Source: a virus
Lineage: Duplodnaviria > Caudoviricetes
Length of the DNA stretch: 64,000 nt
Virus record (IMG/VR): IMGVR_UViG_3300028603_000018
Location: 96,001-160,000 of that record
Direction: 5' to 3' (one strand)
Part shown: positions 51,559-60,576 of the stretch, piece by piece
Numbering within the stretch: the stretch's first letter is position 1
Layout: every line of letters begins with the position of its first letter
Notes under the pieces: generated by a model
What the model was told of the DNA's origin: nothing
The model's database searches: none
Seen by the model: the letters and a program-made list of their open reading frames with translations, nothing else
Made by a program: the position numbers and the translations under genes

Positions 51559-52392
51559 ATGAAAACAAATAAACTCACTATAACACAATATGCTAGTCTT
51601 TTAACTAATCAAAAAGCTCATGCAGGTATTGTTTTTAGTACTCCAGATCTTCTCTGTGTATTTGAAGAGTTAGAAGAAGCTGGTTTATTAGATATCACTC
51701 CTCAGGAAATTAACTCTTATAGAAAAGAGATTGATCTAACTCGTCATAGTACTATTATAGTGCGTCCTCCTAAAGGTGGATTTTGGATTTGTCCTTTTGA
51801 TCCTAAAGAAGATTTAGAAAAAGTAAAGGGTTACTTAAGGAATTTCCCTATGCTTTCTTCTTGCTGGATCTTTTATGATCTCCAACCCTTTCAAGCTTTG
51901 ATTCGCTTTCAAGCTGAGCAGAACTTAAATAAAGTTGGTATCGATATCCCAGAAAATCTTGTTACTGAGGATACACTCTTAGAAACAGAGATTGCTAATA
52001 TGAATCCTGATTTCTATAATGATGATGTCATCCAAGATAGAATTCGTCTCATTGATAGGAATTACCGTTTAATTGCAGAGAACTTTGTCACTGAACTGTT
52101 TAACGTTCTTATTATCTCATACACAAACTTTCTAAAAAGTAGTTCTGAAGATACGGTTGAATCTTTAGTTGAGCGTTATATCAAACATTTTCCTAAGAAA
52201 GGAAATGTCGGCTATAACTTAATTGAATCTTTGTGGGGGATCATTGACGAGTATGATGTTAAATTAACTGAATTCATTAATGGTGAGTATAATAAAGTCT
52301 ATATGGCTTATCCAGTCATGAACAACAATATCGTTGTTCTGAAATACGATATTGATTATCGGGTTATCATTCATGAATACCATAAAGAATAA
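51559..52392 (+). CDS. Hypothetical protein
   Basis: Likely start at ATG 51559 (MKTNKL), after the hairpin at 51498-51530. Confidence 0.55.
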   Translation: MKTNKLTITQYASLLTNQKAHAGIVFSTPDLLCVFEELEEAGLLDITPQEINSYRKEIDLTRHSTIIVRPPKGGFWICPFDPKEDLEKVKGYLRNFPMLSSCWIFYDLQPFQALIRFQAEQNLNKVGIDIPENLVTEDTLLETEIANMNPDFYNDDVIQDRIRLIDRNYRLIAENFVTELFNVLIISYTNFLKSSSEDTVESLVERYIKHFPKKGNVGYNLIESLWGIIDEYDVKLTEFINGEYNKVYMAYPVMNNNIVVLKYDIDYRVIIHEYHKE

Positions 52393-52807
52393 TGATTCTC
52401 TAAATATTACCAATCCTAAACATATTTATATAAATGCCACAGAGTTAACAGACTTTATTACGAGCATCTTCTTATCGGATATTAACCTATCTACTTGGTG
52501 GGCAATTATAGGCTTTGCTACTAGGCGAGAGGTTTTAACTGATTTCGTAAAGACGGCTTTAGCAACTGATGACTCTACTTCTATAGATTCTTTAGCTATA
52601 CAGGAGTTATATGCTAAAATCAATGAGTCCATGATTAATCCAGAAATTATTGAAGCAATTGTTATTAATACGCTAGATTTGATTATAGACTTTATATTAA
52701 ACAAATATCCTAATAACACAATCGATAATCTATCTAATTATAGAGTATCTGTATTTCGGTTTGATACACTTATTCTAGAAAGGATTGAGAGTGCTGTGTT
52801 ATGGTAA
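52373..52807 (+). CDS. Hypothetical protein
   Basis: One of a run of overlapping ORFs; start uncertain. Confidence 0.5.
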   Translation: MNTIKNNDSLNITNPKHIYINATELTDFITSIFLSDINLSTWWAIIGFATRREVLTDFVKTALATDDSTSIDSLAIQELYAKINESMINPEIIEAIVINTLDLIIDFILNKYPNNTIDNLSNYRVSVFRFDTLILERIESAVLW

Positions 52808-53288
52808 GGAACCAGTAATGGATACTCAACTGTATAGTGTATTATTCAGTATAAGAAGGCTCTATGAAATTATTCCAGAACTACCTCTTCTATATCGTTT
52901 CTTAGGTCAAGAAGATTTAACATTAGTCAAACTCAGCTTAATGGGTCCACAAGACCCTATCTTACTAAATCAGTATCGATTACTATCTATTGAAGATCAA
53001 GTTGAGTGGTTAGCTTATTATGTACTAGAAGAATGGGAAGCAACTAATACTGTTACTTATAGCACTGATACTAACTTGAGTCAAAATACATTATTGAGTT
53101 TGTTAGGTTTACCTTCAACTCATGAAAAGAATATCCGAGCTATACGAGATATTTTCTACCCTGTTCTAAATTTACCTAATAGCAATATTGTTATAGACTC
53201 TATTACTCGTATCTTTAAAGATTGTTCTTTATTAGAAACTGATCAATACGCTGGTCCGGATTATTATTGTGTCAATTACCGTCTCTAG
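52785..53288 (+). CDS. Hypothetical protein
   Basis: Likely true start ATG 52818 after AAGGA. Confidence 0.5.
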   Translation: MRVLCYGKEPVMDTQLYSVLFSIRRLYEIIPELPLLYRFLGQEDLTLVKLSLMGPQDPILLNQYRLLSIEDQVEWLAYYVLEEWEATNTVTYSTDTNLSQNTLLSLLGLPSTHEKNIRAIRDIFYPVLNLPNSNIVIDSITRIFKDCSLLETDQYAGPDYYCVNYRL

Positions 53289-53742
53289 AAAGAATAGGTT
53301 ATCAGAGCAGTTAACTGACTTTAGTGACTATGAACTTAAAACAGTTCTTATCTTCGATGTCTATGAATCTACTAATCTGTTAAAAGAAGCTTTTCTCTTT
53401 TATTGTCCTGACTTAGAATATGAGCTTCATTTTTCTTATATGGCTCTTGAACTAGTCTCTTTTGTATTAAACGAAGGGTCTTGTTTAAACACTTCAGGAA
53501 TGTCTGATTTCATATATGGTTATTTAGAAGGCTTTTATGAAGCAGAAGTTATTAATAATCTTGACACATTACTAACTCCTCATCTTTTAAAAATATGTAA
53601 TTTAATAAAAGAGAGGATTGATTATCTATTAGGGTATACCTTCTTAGATAAAGTTAATTTTTATAATAACTTCTATTGGGATCATGTCTATACTTCTGGA
53701 AAGTATGTAGGACAATTTAACTTATTAAAAGAAAAGTTGTGA
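53269..53742 (+). CDS. Hypothetical protein
   Basis: One of a run of overlapping ORFs. Confidence 0.5.
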   Translation: MSITVSRKNRLSEQLTDFSDYELKTVLIFDVYESTNLLKEAFLFYCPDLEYELHFSYMALELVSFVLNEGSCLNTSGMSDFIYGYLEGFYEAEVINNLDTLLTPHLLKICNLIKERIDYLLGYTFLDKVNFYNNFYWDHVYTSGKYVGQFNLLKEKL

Positions 53743-54128
53743 CAAAACTCATTCCTGATTGTGTCCTAGATGTTTATGAAGTGATGGAAGAATTAAAAGA
53801 ACTTTATCCAACAGCTAGTGAATTAAAGTTATACTCAACTATCCCTGCGTTAGTTAACCTTTATCTCTATACACCAATCAATGAATTAGATAGAGAGCTA
53901 AAGTTTCGTAGATTCAACACTACTTCTGACGATACACTAAAAGAAAAGTTAGGCATTATCTTTCAGAAACTCATGTTTAAAATAAAGACTATCGCTAACG
54001 ATATGAGTTCAGATGAGATCCGACAATTCTTAGTAATTGGGTATATTACAACACCTGTTATGAGAGTTATCATTAGTGATACCAGAGCCAGTCTTTATAC
54101 AAAAGCCCAACCTATTTTCTTATTCTAA
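53739..54128 (+). CDS. Hypothetical protein
   Basis: GTGA-coupled to the previous ORF. Confidence 0.5.
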   Translation: MTKLIPDCVLDVYEVMEELKELYPTASELKLYSTIPALVNLYLYTPINELDRELKFRRFNTTSDDTLKEKLGIIFQKLMFKIKTIANDMSSDEIRQFLVIGYITTPVMRVIISDTRASLYTKAQPIFLF

Positions 54129-54584
54129 ATGAAACTAAAAATCTTACCCGGACTAAAGGTTCTAGAAAAGCAAACTGCTTTAAAGAGATTACCTGAATAT
54201 GTGTATGTTGATCTAGAAAGAGAGTTTATCGAACTACTCGTTGAACTCCAAGTACTTATCAATACTAACCCTCTTAGCATTACTCGCTTTCCTCCTATTG
54301 AAACTAATTCTATTATTGATACAGAAGAACTCTTTAAAGTTTATACTAAAGAGGAAGAAATATCTATTAATATAACTGAGTTAGCACTAGAGTTAGTTGA
54401 AGTCATTGATCCTTTCTTTGATGACTATCCTGATATGAATAATCAATATGTTAATTTACTTACCTGTCATTTGTATTCTATTTACAAACGGTTAAAGAAT
54501 TTAGATCTCTTTATAAATGGTAAGTTAGTTTATGAATTTTATAAGGAATATGAAAGAGGTTTTCTAATTAAGATTAAAGAATGA
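54129..54584 (+). CDS. Hypothetical protein
   Basis: Abuts the previous stop; followed by a long hairpin at 54601-54651. Confidence 0.55.
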   Translation: MKLKILPGLKVLEKQTALKRLPEYVYVDLEREFIELLVELQVLINTNPLSITRFPPIETNSIIDTEELFKVYTKEEEISINITELALELVEVIDPFFDDYPDMNNQYVNLLTCHLYSIYKRLKNLDLFINGKLVYEFYKEYERGFLIKIKE

Positions 54585-54695
54585 TAAAAAAGATTAGAAT
54601 AAGTACTATGTCTTAACAACTTCTCAATAGGTTGTTAAATACATAGTACTTTATTTTTTTCTTGGTGTATAACAAACCTCTCTCTTTTAAATGTT

Positions 54696-55109
54696 ATGAA
54701 TATCCATGAACTAAATGCAGCTAGTAGAAATATTTTACTAGAGATAGGTCCTATGTGCCGTACACTCATTCATTTCTTAAAGACAAAGAAAGTAGAGCAT
54801 CAGGACATTATCACAGTTATAGACTCTGTCGTTTATTCTTTAAACTACCCGTCTCAAGCAGAAAGAGAACATTCTTTAGATAATCTAAATTTCAGTAGGA
54901 TGGTGAAGAGTCCATTTCTAACAGGAGTAGTTTCTGAGAATGATCTTTTTCTATTTAAACAAAGTTTACGCGGTGCTGCTACTGAAATATGGGATAAGTA
55001 TCGATATTTAGATTTAGATCATTTGATCGGAACTCATGCAGGTTATCATTCCTTAGTCTTGAGTTCTCTAACTAATCGACATCTATTTATCTCAGCTCTC
55101 CCTTATTAG
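54696..55109 (+). CDS. Hypothetical protein
   Basis: 137-aa ORF. Confidence 0.55.
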   Translation: MNIHELNAASRNILLEIGPMCRTLIHFLKTKKVEHQDIITVIDSVVYSLNYPSQAEREHSLDNLNFSRMVKSPFLTGVVSENDLFLFKQSLRGAATEIWDKYRYLDLDHLIGTHAGYHSLVLSSLTNRHLFISALPY

Positions 55110-55123
55110 GAAAAGAAAAGACA

Positions 55124-55540
55124 ATGATTTATCAATTTGAACCTGGTCAAAAATATTCATTTGACACCTATGCTCCTCAAATCCTGGGTACTGAATTTAA
55201 AACAGTAGTAGTTAAATCTGTTACTGATTACGAGGACGCTATTTCTGAGGAAGATGTTCAGGTATTACATAGTCAGATTCTTGGTTATATTACTGACTCT
55301 ACTGTATCTGTGCCTGCTGATTTTAGAAAACTCACTTATATTAAAATTGATACAGGAGTTGGTAAGCGTCGTTTTATTGCTGTAGAGTGGATTAAGCAAA
55401 ATACCATTACTAAAATCTCTGAACTCAATATTGATGTAACTATCTTTAGAGTAAGTGATCCTGCTAAAGTACGTTTAGTGAGGGAAGCTCTGTCTCAGAA
55501 TGGGTTTACTGATTTTCAAATTACTACAAGAGAAGCGTAA
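55124..55540 (+). CDS. Conserved jumbo-phage hypothetical protein
   Basis: GQKYSFDTYAPQILG...WIKQNTI...ALSQNGF pattern; RBS present. Confidence 0.6.
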   Translation: MIYQFEPGQKYSFDTYAPQILGTEFKTVVVKSVTDYEDAISEEDVQVLHSQILGYITDSTVSVPADFRKLTYIKIDTGVGKRRFIAVEWIKQNTITKISELNIDVTIFRVSDPAKVRLVREALSQNGFTDFQITTREA

Positions 55541-55724
55541 TGTCTAAAAAATAAATACGCCACGCTATAGAAGGGAGAGGGGGTAAGAACACCCTTATTA
55601 GTATTTAGATCAGATCACTCACAAGCACTACTAACATTCTTACTAGTAGCAGTGTTTATACATCATACCTGTATTGGATCTTATAGATACATAATCAATC
55701 ACTTTTCTTAAAAGTAATATAATC

Positions 55725-56396
55725 ATGAGTAGAGAACTTCTAATAACTTCCTCCTTAGTTGATGGGTGGGGTAGTGAGATAGTGGATGAATTCACTAATT
55801 TTTATTTAACAGTACGGGATGGTCAGATAATCGATCTTATTAATCCTTCTAATTATGTAAATATCATAGGTACTGGGATTAGTACATCAGGTATAGAGAT
55901 TGTTAATACGACACGCTCTGGTTCTGGTATAGAAGTTCCTTCTGCGGCTTTTAATGTAACCTCATTAGAGAGTTCTACAGTGGAGTTCTGGGTTTATTTT
56001 ACTAACCCAATAGCTGAGCTTTATGATCAAATGTTAGGTCAGTGGGGGAGCGGAGCAAATAGCACATTTCAATTTTGTGTACTAGATTCTTATCTTGCTA
56101 TAGCACAGGCTAGACCAGGTAACTCTATTAGTACTTTTAGAAGAATACCTAATACTTGGATGCATGTAGCTTATGTGAACCCCGCTGGTGGCGGCAATAT
56201 GGTTATCTATGTAAATGGAGTTTCAGAGCAACTAGATAGACGTTGGACAGTTTCACCTAATTTGAATATTCCTATGTCTTTATTGAAGGTATATGGACAA
56301 AATGGATTTAGCTTATTAGGTAGGATAGCTAAAATGAGAATCTCCACCATTGCTAGGTATACAGAGAATTTCGTACCTAATTATGGAATGTATTGA
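55725..56396 (+). CDS. MSRELL-tagged LamG/concanavalin-like protein (intact)
   Basis: STVEFWVY, NTWMHVAYV, IYVNG and GRIAKMRISTIARYTENFVP. Confidence 0.8.
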   Translation: MSRELLITSSLVDGWGSEIVDEFTNFYLTVRDGQIIDLINPSNYVNIIGTGISTSGIEIVNTTRSGSGIEVPSAAFNVTSLESSTVEFWVYFTNPIAELYDQMLGQWGSGANSTFQFCVLDSYLAIAQARPGNSISTFRRIPNTWMHVAYVNPAGGGNMVIYVNGVSEQLDRRWTVSPNLNIPMSLLKVYGQNGFSLLGRIAKMRISTIARYTENFVPNYGMY

Positions 56397-56441
56397 TAAC
56401 AAGAGTAAAAAAATAGAATAACTCATTTATATATCACCTCT

Positions 56442-56867
56442 ATGACGGTATATAAATGAAACATCATTAACTGGGATGAAGATAATAATGTTAAATATGC
56501 TTCAGATGTTGATTTTTTAAATGATACTGAAATCAAAGCAGATCTCTATTCCTTAAAGTTTAACTCTCCTTCAGTACCTAAATCAAGTCTTTTAAAAGCT
56601 ATTGAGTTTAGTGGATCGGGTGTGTTGGTTAATACTGTTGATGATGTTGAATATACTGTTAAAGGTATTAGTCGTACTTTGACCATTAGCAGTAAAAGAG
56701 ATAAGGTTCTTTTTGTTACTAGAGAGAGGAATCTTATCATCCATGAGGAAACCTATTTGAAAGGGTTTTTTGAACTGATCGTAGGGAATTACCTCTCAGC
56801 TATGTTTAATCGCTTTGCAGCCTCTTTAAAGGCCCCTAGCGCTATTGATGTTGGTAGTATTAGTTAA
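56442..56867 (+). pseudogene. Disrupted hypothetical gene
   Basis: The frame of the 56622 ORF is open back to 56460 (NIINWDEDNNVKY...). ATG 56442 meets an in-frame TGA at 56457, and ATG 56456 is out of frame by one A. Confidence 0.45.
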
Positions 56868-56874
56868 GTATACG

Positions 56875-56913
56875 GCATAATAGGAGATCTCAAAAGGATC
56901 TCCTATTTATGAC
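56875..56913. repeat. Hairpin-family element (exact inverted copy of 42195-42233)
   Basis: 39/39 identity. Confidence 0.9.
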
Positions 56914-57790
56914 CTTCTTTTCTATTTATTTATTTATGTTTTTAGATTATCGGCTATTAATAGTAAGCTATTATAAAGCATTCTAGCTATTATATTTAAG
57001 CTAGGGGTCCTAGCATACCAATATGAGAATAAAAGCGCTTATAGAGCCTCTAGAGGGCTTAGAGAGTGTATTGTGATCCAAAAGCAATCTAGTTACTCAT
57101 CCATGGAGAATGATGTAGTAACTCTCAATAAAAGTGCTAATATGATAATAGCTGTTGCATAAAAAAGTCGCGGCGCCTAATATTACTTATATAACCCCTA
57201 CTTTCTCAAATTCTTATAGTTTCAATTTCTCTTATCTATTATAATACTTAACTTCTTCTATCTACTATTACTTTTAAATTAATAGGTAAATATATTTATT
57301 TTTATTTATACCTATTATCATTTGTAAAAGTGTTAGTTCTATGAGACTTGACCCACTTATAGTACCTCTTTGGTAAAAACACTTTTACGGGTCCGAGCCT
57401 TGGCGAGATACTTGGTAGTAGATAAGTATTGTTCGAAGCTGTAGGTATAGAAAGGATATAATAAGGTTATAGTAAGGATAGTAGCTGAGATAAGATACTT
57501 AGATACGTACCCCCTTGCGAAGCAACTTGAATCCTAGAGAAGCGAAGCTTCTCTTAACATACATACATACGCAAGATATTAAGCTATAAACATAAATAAA
57601 TATTACATTATTATACCTATTATACAACAACACTATAAGAACAGACTAAAAAGCCTATAGAGAGACTAGTATCTCTCTATTTATGCCTTACTATTGACTA
57701 TACTAGTCTACTACTAGAATAAAAGAATAACTACTTATACTAGAAAACCATCTACTTAAAGTAACTACTTAGAATAGAAAGAACCTACTC
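56914..57790. other. Long structured non-coding region; candidate replication origin or ncRNA
   Basis: No ORF of 60 aa or more; several nested inverted repeats, two GCGAAGC mini-hairpins and clustered CTACT pentamers. Confidence 0.45.
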
Positions 57791-58201
57791 ATGGAAAGAT
57801 TTAAAGATACTTGCTACTTACTAGAGAGAACGAGTCAGATTGAAGGACTACTAGTTTATATTCGTAGTATACTACAATTAGAGAGTTATGAAGAAGAACG
57901 GTTTATTGATGGATTAATTGATTATAGTTTAAATAGTCGATTTATTAGGACTCAAGTAAATGAAGAGATAGTGTTGAAGTTTGTAGATGAGAGTCTTTAT
58001 AGTAAGTTGACTTTAAATAGGTCTTACTTAAATGCTTTAATTAAGTATAGTAGACTATTCTTAGAAGAAGTAGGAAAGAAGGTGAGTGGGTTAAGGATTA
58101 GGGGAGAGTATGTTGGATTACCTGTAGAGAAGAGGAATTTGTATCTCTATAGCCGAATTGAGAGTAATGAGTTTATTGCGATATGCGAGATAATAGAGTA
58201 A
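57791..58201 (+). CDS. Hypothetical protein
   Basis: 136-aa ORF upstream of the DNA polymerase. Confidence 0.5.
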   Translation: MERFKDTCYLLERTSQIEGLLVYIRSILQLESYEEERFIDGLIDYSLNSRFIRTQVNEEIVLKFVDESLYSKLTLNRSYLNALIKYSRLFLEEVGKKVSGLRIRGEYVGLPVEKRNLYLYSRIESNEFIAICEIIE

Positions 58202-58342
58202 GTGGTGGGTAAATGAAGAAGAGAGGAGGGGTTGATTATTCTCTCTTTTCCTTTCCTATATAGAAGAGAGGGAGAATAACTTTTATTTTTTTATCTATTT
58301 GGTTAATGAGATAGATAGATAAAATGCTTTTGAGAGAATATA

Positions 58343-60499
58343 ATGAAATTTCAATCTCCTTTTGTATTACCTGTAGAAGAGTATACGAGAGATCTGAATC
58401 TAGTTAAGCACTATGTGACTCAGAATGCTTATTACTTACATAAGAGGACTGGTAAGCCTATTGAAGTCTGTGAGAGTTATGTAGAGAAGCAAATTAGGAA
58501 AGGAGGGAAGTTTGAGTTAAAGGACCCTGTATTGACTCATACTTACCGAGGGGATAATGGTGATAGAGCTAAAGTGCAGAGTGGGTATTTACAGTATCTG
58601 ACTACCGCTATTAAGGAGAGGGATGTTATTGCTCCTACTTTGACTCGGTATAAGAACCCTTTAATTAAAGAATCTATTCAGGTAGGCTCTATTGATAATA
58701 AGAAGAAATTAAGAGCTATTGATAAAGAAAAGATGTTCCAGGCTGATAGGGATGGGAATGAGGAGAGGAGGGTTTATTATTATAACAGTCAGACAGGTAG
58801 GAAATTATCGAATAATGCGGTAAGTGGTGGGTATTGTTCTACGAGTACTATTATTTATAATCCATCTGGCCATACTAGCTTGACAAGTACATGTCGAGTG
58901 ACTGCTGGATATGGGAGTATGAATAATGAGAAAGTATTAGCTGGTAATAGACACTACTATGATGATGAGATTGTGATTGGGAATATCTTATCTATTTGTA
59001 GTACGATTGATAAAGAAAAAATAGCTAATACATGTAGTCTGTATCAATTAAAGTATCCTAGTCATGAAGAAGTGATGGATGCTATTTTACGATGTACTCG
59101 CCTTTATTGGAATCAAGCTGATAAAGAAGAGAGGATTTGGGAGTTAGTTAAGACGCTAGGGCCTGAGGAAAGGGCTGCGTTTATGTATACGGGAGACTTG
59201 TATAATACACGTATACTCAATGATAACTTCATGAAGGAATTCATTACTGATTTAATTAGACCTGCTACTGAACCTCATCCTGATCCTGATAGTGTTTTTA
59301 AATCAGTAGAGGGTGACTATATTACTGTAGCTTGTCAAATTCATAGTGGGTTTATGAATGGTAAGGAATTAAAGAAGTTAAAAGGAACTAGAGAGTATGG
59401 TATCGTAGCTGCTACGCTTTATAATTTCTTATCTGTTCTACATCGACATAAAGCTTTCTTTAGTACTTTCTTTTTAACGAGAAATGTACCAGCTTCTATT
59501 GCATTTGCACCTAGTTCAGTTAGGTTCTCTGTATTGATGGGTGATACAGACTCTACAATGTTTACTGTACAAGAATGGGTAAAGTGGTTTACAGGTAGTT
59601 ATGCTTTTACTGAGATCAGTAATGCAGTATGTGAGACGATGATCTTTTTAGCTTCACAGTCCATTACTCACTGTCTAGCCTTATTAAGTGCTAATCTAGG
59701 CGTTAGGAAAGAGCGGTTGTTTGAGAATGCAATGAAAAATGAATATCGGTTTGATTCATTTACTCCTACTCCTAAAGCTAAACATTATTATGCCTTAATA
59801 GGGAGGCAGGAGGCTAATAGTTATGTTAAGAGGAAGGTAGAGGTCAAGGGAGTTCATTTAAAGAGTTCTGCGGCTCCTAAAGCGATTATGAAGGCAGCAG
59901 AGGAGAAGATGGTCGAGTTAAGTAATAAAGCACTCAAAGGAGAGAAGATCTCTATTGTAGATGAGTATCAGTTTATTGCTAATATCGAACACTCTATTGT
60001 CAATGCTATTAAGAGCGGACAAAGTTCTTACTTTAGATTACAGCGTATTAAAGATAGTAAGGCTTATAAGCAAGAACCGACTAAGAGTAACTACCTACAT
60101 TACACGATGTGGCAAGAAGTCTTCCAAGATAAGTATGGTACAGTAGATCCCCCTCCTTATCCTGCTTTGAAAATCAATATGGATATAGAAAGTAAGACAG
60201 ATTGGTTAAACTTTGTTGCGAGTATTAAAGACGAAGCCCTTAAACAACGACTCTTAGATTTTTGTGTTAAGTATGGAAGAGAAATTATTAAGACCTTTTA
60301 TATTCCAAAAGGGTTTATTATTGATAATGGAGTACCTGAGGAATTGATGAATGGTATTGATATTCGTAGAATTGTACTCGATAATACGAAAGTCTTCTAC
60401 TTAATTCTAGAATCTTTAGGACAGAACTTTATTGATGATAAGATTAATAAGCTCGCTATGGATACGTTTGAATTAAAAGAAACTTTTATTATTGAATAA
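58343..60499 (+). CDS. B-family DNA polymerase, polymerase-domain subunit (phiKZ gp50-like split polymerase)
   Basis: Motif B QTGRKLSNNAVSG, motif C MGDTDSTMF, KAKHYY and KGVHLK; no exonuclease motifs recognised. Confidence 0.88.
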   Translation: MKFQSPFVLPVEEYTRDLNLVKHYVTQNAYYLHKRTGKPIEVCESYVEKQIRKGGKFELKDPVLTHTYRGDNGDRAKVQSGYLQYLTTAIKERDVIAPTLTRYKNPLIKESIQVGSIDNKKKLRAIDKEKMFQADRDGNEERRVYYYNSQTGRKLSNNAVSGGYCSTSTIIYNPSGHTSLTSTCRVTAGYGSMNNEKVLAGNRHYYDDEIVIGNILSICSTIDKEKIANTCSLYQLKYPSHEEVMDAILRCTRLYWNQADKEERIWELVKTLGPEERAAFMYTGDLYNTRILNDNFMKEFITDLIRPATEPHPDPDSVFKSVEGDYITVACQIHSGFMNGKELKKLKGTREYGIVAATLYNFLSVLHRHKAFFSTFFLTRNVPASIAFAPSSVRFSVLMGDTDSTMFTVQEWVKWFTGSYAFTEISNAVCETMIFLASQSITHCLALLSANLGVRKERLFENAMKNEYRFDSFTPTPKAKHYYALIGRQEANSYVKRKVEVKGVHLKSSAAPKAIMKAAEEKMVELSNKALKGEKISIVDEYQFIANIEHSIVNAIKSGQSSYFRLQRIKDSKAYKQEPTKSNYLHYTMWQEVFQDKYGTVDPPPYPALKINMDIESKTDWLNFVASIKDEALKQRLLDFCVKYGREIIKTFYIPKGFIIDNGVPEELMNGIDIRRIVLDNTKVFYLILESLGQNFIDDKINKLAMDTFELKETFIIE

Positions 60500-60505
60500 G
60501 TAGAC

Positions 60506-60544
60506 GGCAAAATAGGGAGTCCTTTTGGGACTCCCATTTATGCC
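60506..60544. terminator. Hairpin-family element between convergent genes
   Basis: GGCAAAATAGGGAGTCC...GGACTCCCATTTATGCC. Confidence 0.75.
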
Positions 60545-60576
60545 TACTAAATAACTATTGTATAATTACTTAAGAA

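Noticed and set aside
56914-57790. tRNA genes or a third group I intron in the long intergenic region
   Set aside because: No cloverleaf with a T-arm and acceptor stem, and no P/Q/R/S elements, were found by eye.
5387-60146. Short antisense or alternate-frame ORFs nested in long genes (5387, 8854, 14251, 15575, 16784, 23212, 24293, 25025, 30894, 31106, 33812, 34193, 35198, 36061, 37255, 40250, 41265, 43582, 45693, 45994, 48526, 49324, 49917, 50611, 52426, 56546, 59961)
   Set aside because: These are shadows of well-supported genes, with atypical composition and no motifs.
11391-60544. Hairpins as integron attC sites or IS ends
   Set aside because: No consistent RYYYAAC/GTTRRRY boxes or target duplications, and no integrase or transposase in the window.
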